The notes beneath the pieces are model-generated. The model did no database searches. It worked only from the letters and a program-made list of their open reading frames with translations, and was not told the DNA's origin. DNA of 53,415 nucleotides from a virus (lineage: Duplodnaviria > Caudoviricetes), in IMG/VR virus record IMGVR_UViG_3300031658_000010, positions 1-53,415 of that record. One strand, 5' to 3'. A program made the position numbers and the translations under genes. Below, piece by piece: positions 49,509 to 53,415 of this stretch (its first letter is position 1; every line of letters begins with the position of its first letter).

Positions 49509-52352
49509 ATGAAAGAGTTAACAAACATATATAAAGAAACCGGGCAGCAATTCATAGATGATCTATTTAAAGATTACTTATTGGTGACTGAGAAATTATC
49601 AGGATCGTCATTCTCGTTTGAGAGACATGGCGATGAACTACGATTTTTTAAAGGTAGCAATAAGCAACCAATCAATTTAGTGGACAGGACACTAATGATG
49701 TATTATGAACAAGCAATTCAATACATTCTAAATAAAACCGAAGGTCATATAAAAGACTTGCCAGAATATTGGAGATTCTGTTTCCAATATTTTGTTAACA
49801 ACCAGCCTGGTGCAATCAAGTATGATAACTTACCAACTAATAATTTATTACTTACACATATACAAGTAAGAAACCCAAAGGGAAAGATTGCCAAAGTAAT
49901 CGAAGATCCTAGGGTACTTAGAGATTGGTCCTCTGCTTTTGACGTAACTCCACTTATTCCAATTTTTAGTGGTTATTTAAAAGAAGCACAAAAGAAAAAG
50001 ATTAGAGAATTCCTTGAAACACCAAAGGAAGATCAGTTAGAGGTATTTGGAACTAGTTCATTTGCTAAATATCTAATTGATGCATTAAATCCAACGATCA
50101 AACAAACAACGCTACAAAACGATTTAGACAAACCGATAGATTCTATAATCTTTAAGTTTTTTAAACAAGGCACTAATCAAATATTTACTGCAAAAATGAT
50201 TGATCCTTATACACAAGGATTAATGAAAGATAAAGAACCTATTGATTTAAGAAGAGCTCCTGCTGATATTAATGAAATCTTATTATTAGATATCTTAGCA
50301 TTCGTCGAAGAGCGAGGATTGCGTGGCGGTGAACTATTGACATCAGTACCTGAAGAAAGATACTTAGAATTAATGTCAAATCTGTTTAATGATTATATAG
50401 CCAAGAGAGGTGTTGATCTTCAAAAATTAGATATTGAAAAGGCAAAGTTTGCAAAAGGCCCAGAGTTTAATTTAAATTTAGACTTAATTAAAAATAATAG
50501 AACCAGGGAAATATTACAAAAATCTGAATCTTTACAAAACTTATATAAAATAATGGTTGGATCTTTAAGGAAGAAAAGAAATCCTGAGAGAGTAGGTTCG
50601 ATCATGACAAAATCAGTAGTAGAAGATTTTAACAAGATGGTTGATAAAATCACAGATGCAATTAATAAAGAAACTGATGGTGAATTCAAAACATTCGGGG
50701 ATTACTTAAATACTAAAGTTACAGAGACTATAAACTACAAAGATTTAGAGGAACTTGTAGTAGAAGAAAAAGTTCTTAATTATAATAACTTTATTCATTT
50801 AGGTAAGATTGATATTAATGAAGACAATATAAATGAAGCAAAGAAAATTACAAAGGGTGATGTTGAGAAGTTTTGGATAAAGGCATATAAGCAATATACT
50901 ACCAAGATGAAAATGATAACTGATTTTGTTAAAGTTTCAAATAGAACTGGCGATCATGGTGAAGTACTTAGGGGTAACTTTGGTCCTAATGATGGGACAG
51001 CAGAAGCTGCTATCGAAAAATTTCTTATATCAAATGTAGTAGGTTTAAAGAAAAGATCGTTTAAGATCGAAGAATTACCAGTTGGTTATCTTTCTAGTGA
51101 TTATGCTGCATATAAAATAATTATACAAAAAGCAACTGATAATAAACTAAGACAATCTTACGGCATTAGTGATTTCTTTATTATAACAAATCGTTATAAG
51201 ATCTCTAAGAAAACCGGGGAAGCTGCTATTGTAGGTAAGAAAGATTTAACACCAGCTAAATTAGGTATGGGTAATACTAACTATAAAAATTGGGCAAGTT
51301 TACTTTCACCTGTAGAAAAATTCTTGAATGATTCACACTATCCAGAAAATTATAAAAACTTTATGCTCGAGGCGGCTAAAGAAATTAGTAGTAATACTAA
51401 AAATGCTGGTAAATTTGAAGATTTTACTGAATATGCAAACGCACCAGTTCACACTATAACATACCCTATTACAAAATCTTTATTTGATGGTATTGATCAA
51501 TTATCAATTCAGAATATCAGAAATGACTACGGTGAAGTTTTAGGTGGCTTTATGCTACTTAACATACTAAGAAACCCTGGTGATGGTGTAAGCTATCCAC
51601 CAGGTGAAAGTGAACCTTTAGTAGATTTCTATTTTGATACATACAGTATATCATCAAAGGGTGGTAAAAAAGGCGGTACACCAACTGGCGATACTATCAT
51701 ACAAAGAATCTATAAAATGGCTAATGACAAAAAACGAGTACCAGGCCCATTGAGTTTTGAAACTGCAGGTGAGCAGGATTTTTATAATAATGTAATAGAT
51801 ACTTGGGTTAATCCTATGAAGTTAGCACGAAGTAAGATTTATGGCAGGATTATGTCTCTATGCAGTGTAAACCTTAATGATCATAACAAATCTGCATACT
51901 GGTATCTTTTGAAAGAAGCAGAGCTACAGCCTAGCAATGCAACACAAGATGCAGTTGAAGAATTCTTAGACAATTTATATACTGATAAAGCTGAATTTAC
52001 TAAGTTCTTACGTACCTTTTGGGAAAAATCAACTTATGAATGGAATGAGGCAAAATTAAAAACAAACGTTGATGGTTTTGAAAAGTTCAAAGGCAACCAC
52101 AAATTAGGTGTTGTGTTTTATCCATTAATGGTTGAGTTAACTCATGCTCTTAACCAAAAGTATACTAAAGAATTAACAAAGTATTCACAGATAGTTACAG
52201 ATGTCAAGCAATTGTATTTAGATGTAAAGACTAAGAATGGTAATTTTGAATTTAAAACAGTACCCTTTAGCACAGCAGATTTTGTGTTTGAGCAAAAAGC
52301 TAGTATACCAATGCCATTTAATGCTAATATGGGAATTGCAATACAAAAGTAA
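49509..52352 (+). CDS. Multidomain protein: variant ligase-fold NTase N-terminus plus PD-(D/E)XK-like C-terminal domain
   Basis: TEKLSG, DSIIFK, AKMID (variant ligase motifs); linker FKTFGDYL...INEDNINEA; YGEVLG...EPLVDF...ISSK nuclease-like motif. Confidence 0.55.
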   Translation: MKELTNIYKETGQQFIDDLFKDYLLVTEKLSGSSFSFERHGDELRFFKGSNKQPINLVDRTLMMYYEQAIQYILNKTEGHIKDLPEYWRFCFQYFVNNQPGAIKYDNLPTNNLLLTHIQVRNPKGKIAKVIEDPRVLRDWSSAFDVTPLIPIFSGYLKEAQKKKIREFLETPKEDQLEVFGTSSFAKYLIDALNPTIKQTTLQNDLDKPIDSIIFKFFKQGTNQIFTAKMIDPYTQGLMKDKEPIDLRRAPADINEILLLDILAFVEERGLRGGELLTSVPEERYLELMSNLFNDYIAKRGVDLQKLDIEKAKFAKGPEFNLNLDLIKNNRTREILQKSESLQNLYKIMVGSLRKKRNPERVGSIMTKSVVEDFNKMVDKITDAINKETDGEFKTFGDYLNTKVTETINYKDLEELVVEEKVLNYNNFIHLGKIDINEDNINEAKKITKGDVEKFWIKAYKQYTTKMKMITDFVKVSNRTGDHGEVLRGNFGPNDGTAEAAIEKFLISNVVGLKKRSFKIEELPVGYLSSDYAAYKIIIQKATDNKLRQSYGISDFFIITNRYKISKKTGEAAIVGKKDLTPAKLGMGNTNYKNWASLLSPVEKFLNDSHYPENYKNFMLEAAKEISSNTKNAGKFEDFTEYANAPVHTITYPITKSLFDGIDQLSIQNIRNDYGEVLGGFMLLNILRNPGDGVSYPPGESEPLVDFYFDTYSISSKGGKKGGTPTGDTIIQRIYKMANDKKRVPGPLSFETAGEQDFYNNVIDTWVNPMKLARSKIYGRIMSLCSVNLNDHNKSAYWYLLKEAELQPSNATQDAVEEFLDNLYTDKAEFTKFLRTFWEKSTYEWNEAKLKTNVDGFEKFKGNHKLGVVFYPLMVELTHALNQKYTKELTKYSQIVTDVKQLYLDVKTKNGNFEFKTVPFSTADFVFEQKASIPMPFNANMGIAIQK

Positions 52353-52367
52353 ATATATAGATTATAA

Positions 52368-53415
52368 ATGGACAACTTAAAAGACATAAACAATTTCTTA
52401 ACAGAAAAGAAAGTAACAGTTAAAAGACGGTATACTGAATCTCACCCTGCAAAAAATGTATCAACATCTGCAAGAATAAGATCTAGTATAATAGAAGCTA
52501 TAGCTGATGGTCATATTACTGAAGACGAAATGGCTAAAATATTAACAGAGCTTAAAGCTCATAAGAGATGGTTAAATAGAAACAAAACTTTGTTTAACAT
52601 AAGCGAAGATCAAGAAGGGGTAAAAACATTTTCATTATCACCATACGGACAAAGAGTTATGAATGCAACAAAGACAACTATCATCAATGAAGCTTTATCA
52701 GTTCCTCATAAAGAACAAGGTAAAAAACCAGTAAACATGTTTGTTGGTAGATTTCAACCTTTTACATTAGGTCATGTTAAGGTATTTGAAAAAATGCATA
52801 AAGAAAACGGTTTGCCTGTTGTGGTTTATATGGTGAGAGGTAGAAAGCCTGATCCAGAGAAAAGACCATTTGATGAAGATACACAACAAGCAATGTTTGC
52901 TAAAATGAAAAAGCAATATCCATTTTTAGAAGCAAGTTTCGTAGTTCCTAATGGAGCAATTGATACAATGTTTGCAGCAGCAAGACCAGCATATGAACCA
53001 ATGATGTGGGGATTTGGTACTGATAGAAAAAAAGATTATGGTAATATGATTGATAAGCAAGCATACCGAGATCAACTTGGAGTTCATCCAGATTTTAAAG
53101 GTTTTGAAATTCCTAGAACAGGTGAAAACATCTCAGCATCTAAAGTAAGAAATGCTCTTAAGATAGATGATGAAAAAACATTCAAACAACTAACACCGAA
53201 AAGTATACACAGTTTTTATAAAGCTTTGCAAAATACTCTAAGTCCAATAAAAGAAAATAACAATATTATGAAAAATTTAAAATCAATTAATGAATTCTGT
53301 ATAAACGAATCAGTAATTAATGAAAACGACGCTAAGACAATAGTTAAAGCGTTTATGAAAGCTTATAATAAGGGAGACGAAGTTACTACCGATGATTGGA
53401 ACCAATTCATATATG
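52368..53415 (+). CDS. HUP-fold nucleotidyltransferase (NMNAT/cytidylyltransferase-like), 3'-truncated; absent from the ORF track
   Basis: Manual translation: MDNLKDINNFLTE...IINEA...VGRFQPFTLGH...RPF...GTDR...ISASKVR; open to the window end; preceded by AATATATAG (52352-52360). Confidence 0.8.
   Translation, partial: MDNLKDINNFLTEKKVTVKRRYTESHPAKNVSTSARIRSSIIEAIADGHITEDEMAKILTELKAHKRWLNRNKTLFNISEDQEGVKTFSLSPYGQRVMNATKTTIINEALSVPHKEQGKKPVNMFVGRFQPFTLGHVKVFEKMHKENGLPVVVYMVRGRKPDPEKRPFDEDTQQAMFAKMKKQYPFLEASFVVPNGAIDTMFAAARPAYEPMMWGFGTDRKKDYGNMIDKQAYRDQLGVHPDFKGFEIPRTGENISASKVRNALKIDDEKTFKQLTPKSIHSFYKALQNTLSPIKENNNIMKNLKSINEFCINESVINENDAKTIVKAFMKAYNKGDEVTTDDWNQFIY

Noticed and set aside
1268-52393. 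All other minus-strand and nested short ORFs in the track
   Set aside because: They overlap longer + strand genes with recognisable motifs and show antisense-shadow composition.
1-53415. Stop-codon reassignment as in some jumbo phages
   Set aside because: Coding density is high in code 11, and TAG (2814, 3423, 40273, 48605) and TGA (4562, 40651) end genes at sensible boundaries.
1-53415. tRNA/rRNA genes, introns, inteins, DGR or prophage/host boundary
   Set aside because: No cloverleaf or rRNA-like segments in the short intergenic gaps; primase and UvsW are of ordinary length; no RT or integrase; S1 and GroES are embedded among phage genes, S1 behind phage-type promoter motifs.

Overview
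This is a 53.4-kb, AT-rich segment of a large T4-like (contractile-tailed, probably jumbo) bacteriophage. Essentially all genes are on the + strand and read in the standard code. In order: collagen-like fibre and DUF285/BspA-like surface proteins; five unknown genes; a baseplate/tail module (gp48/53/27/54-like, gp5/gpV spike, gp13 neck, gp25, gp6, then ~21 kb of large putative structural ORFs) interrupted by a 4-domain ribosomal protein S1 homologue and an amidoligase; RuvC-like resolvase, GroES, gp32 SSB, primase, UvsY and UvsW; and finally a cluster of proteins with T4-internal-protein-like capsid-targeting/protease motifs. That cluster includes two RNA-ligase-fold nucleotidyltransferases, a PD-(D/E)XK-like domain and a HUP-fold nucleotidyltransferase. 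Non-coding signals read directly from the DNA are a recurrent AATATATAA element mostly 22-31 nt upstream of starts, a second AAACAA-N15/16-TAYAAY element (one copy antisense to the resolvase), and hairpins that enclose AATATATAA and cover the translation-initiation region. A-rich leaders without Shine-Dalgarno sequences suggest a Bacteroidota host (inference). All protein calls come from motif recognition by eye and synteny; no database searches were run.
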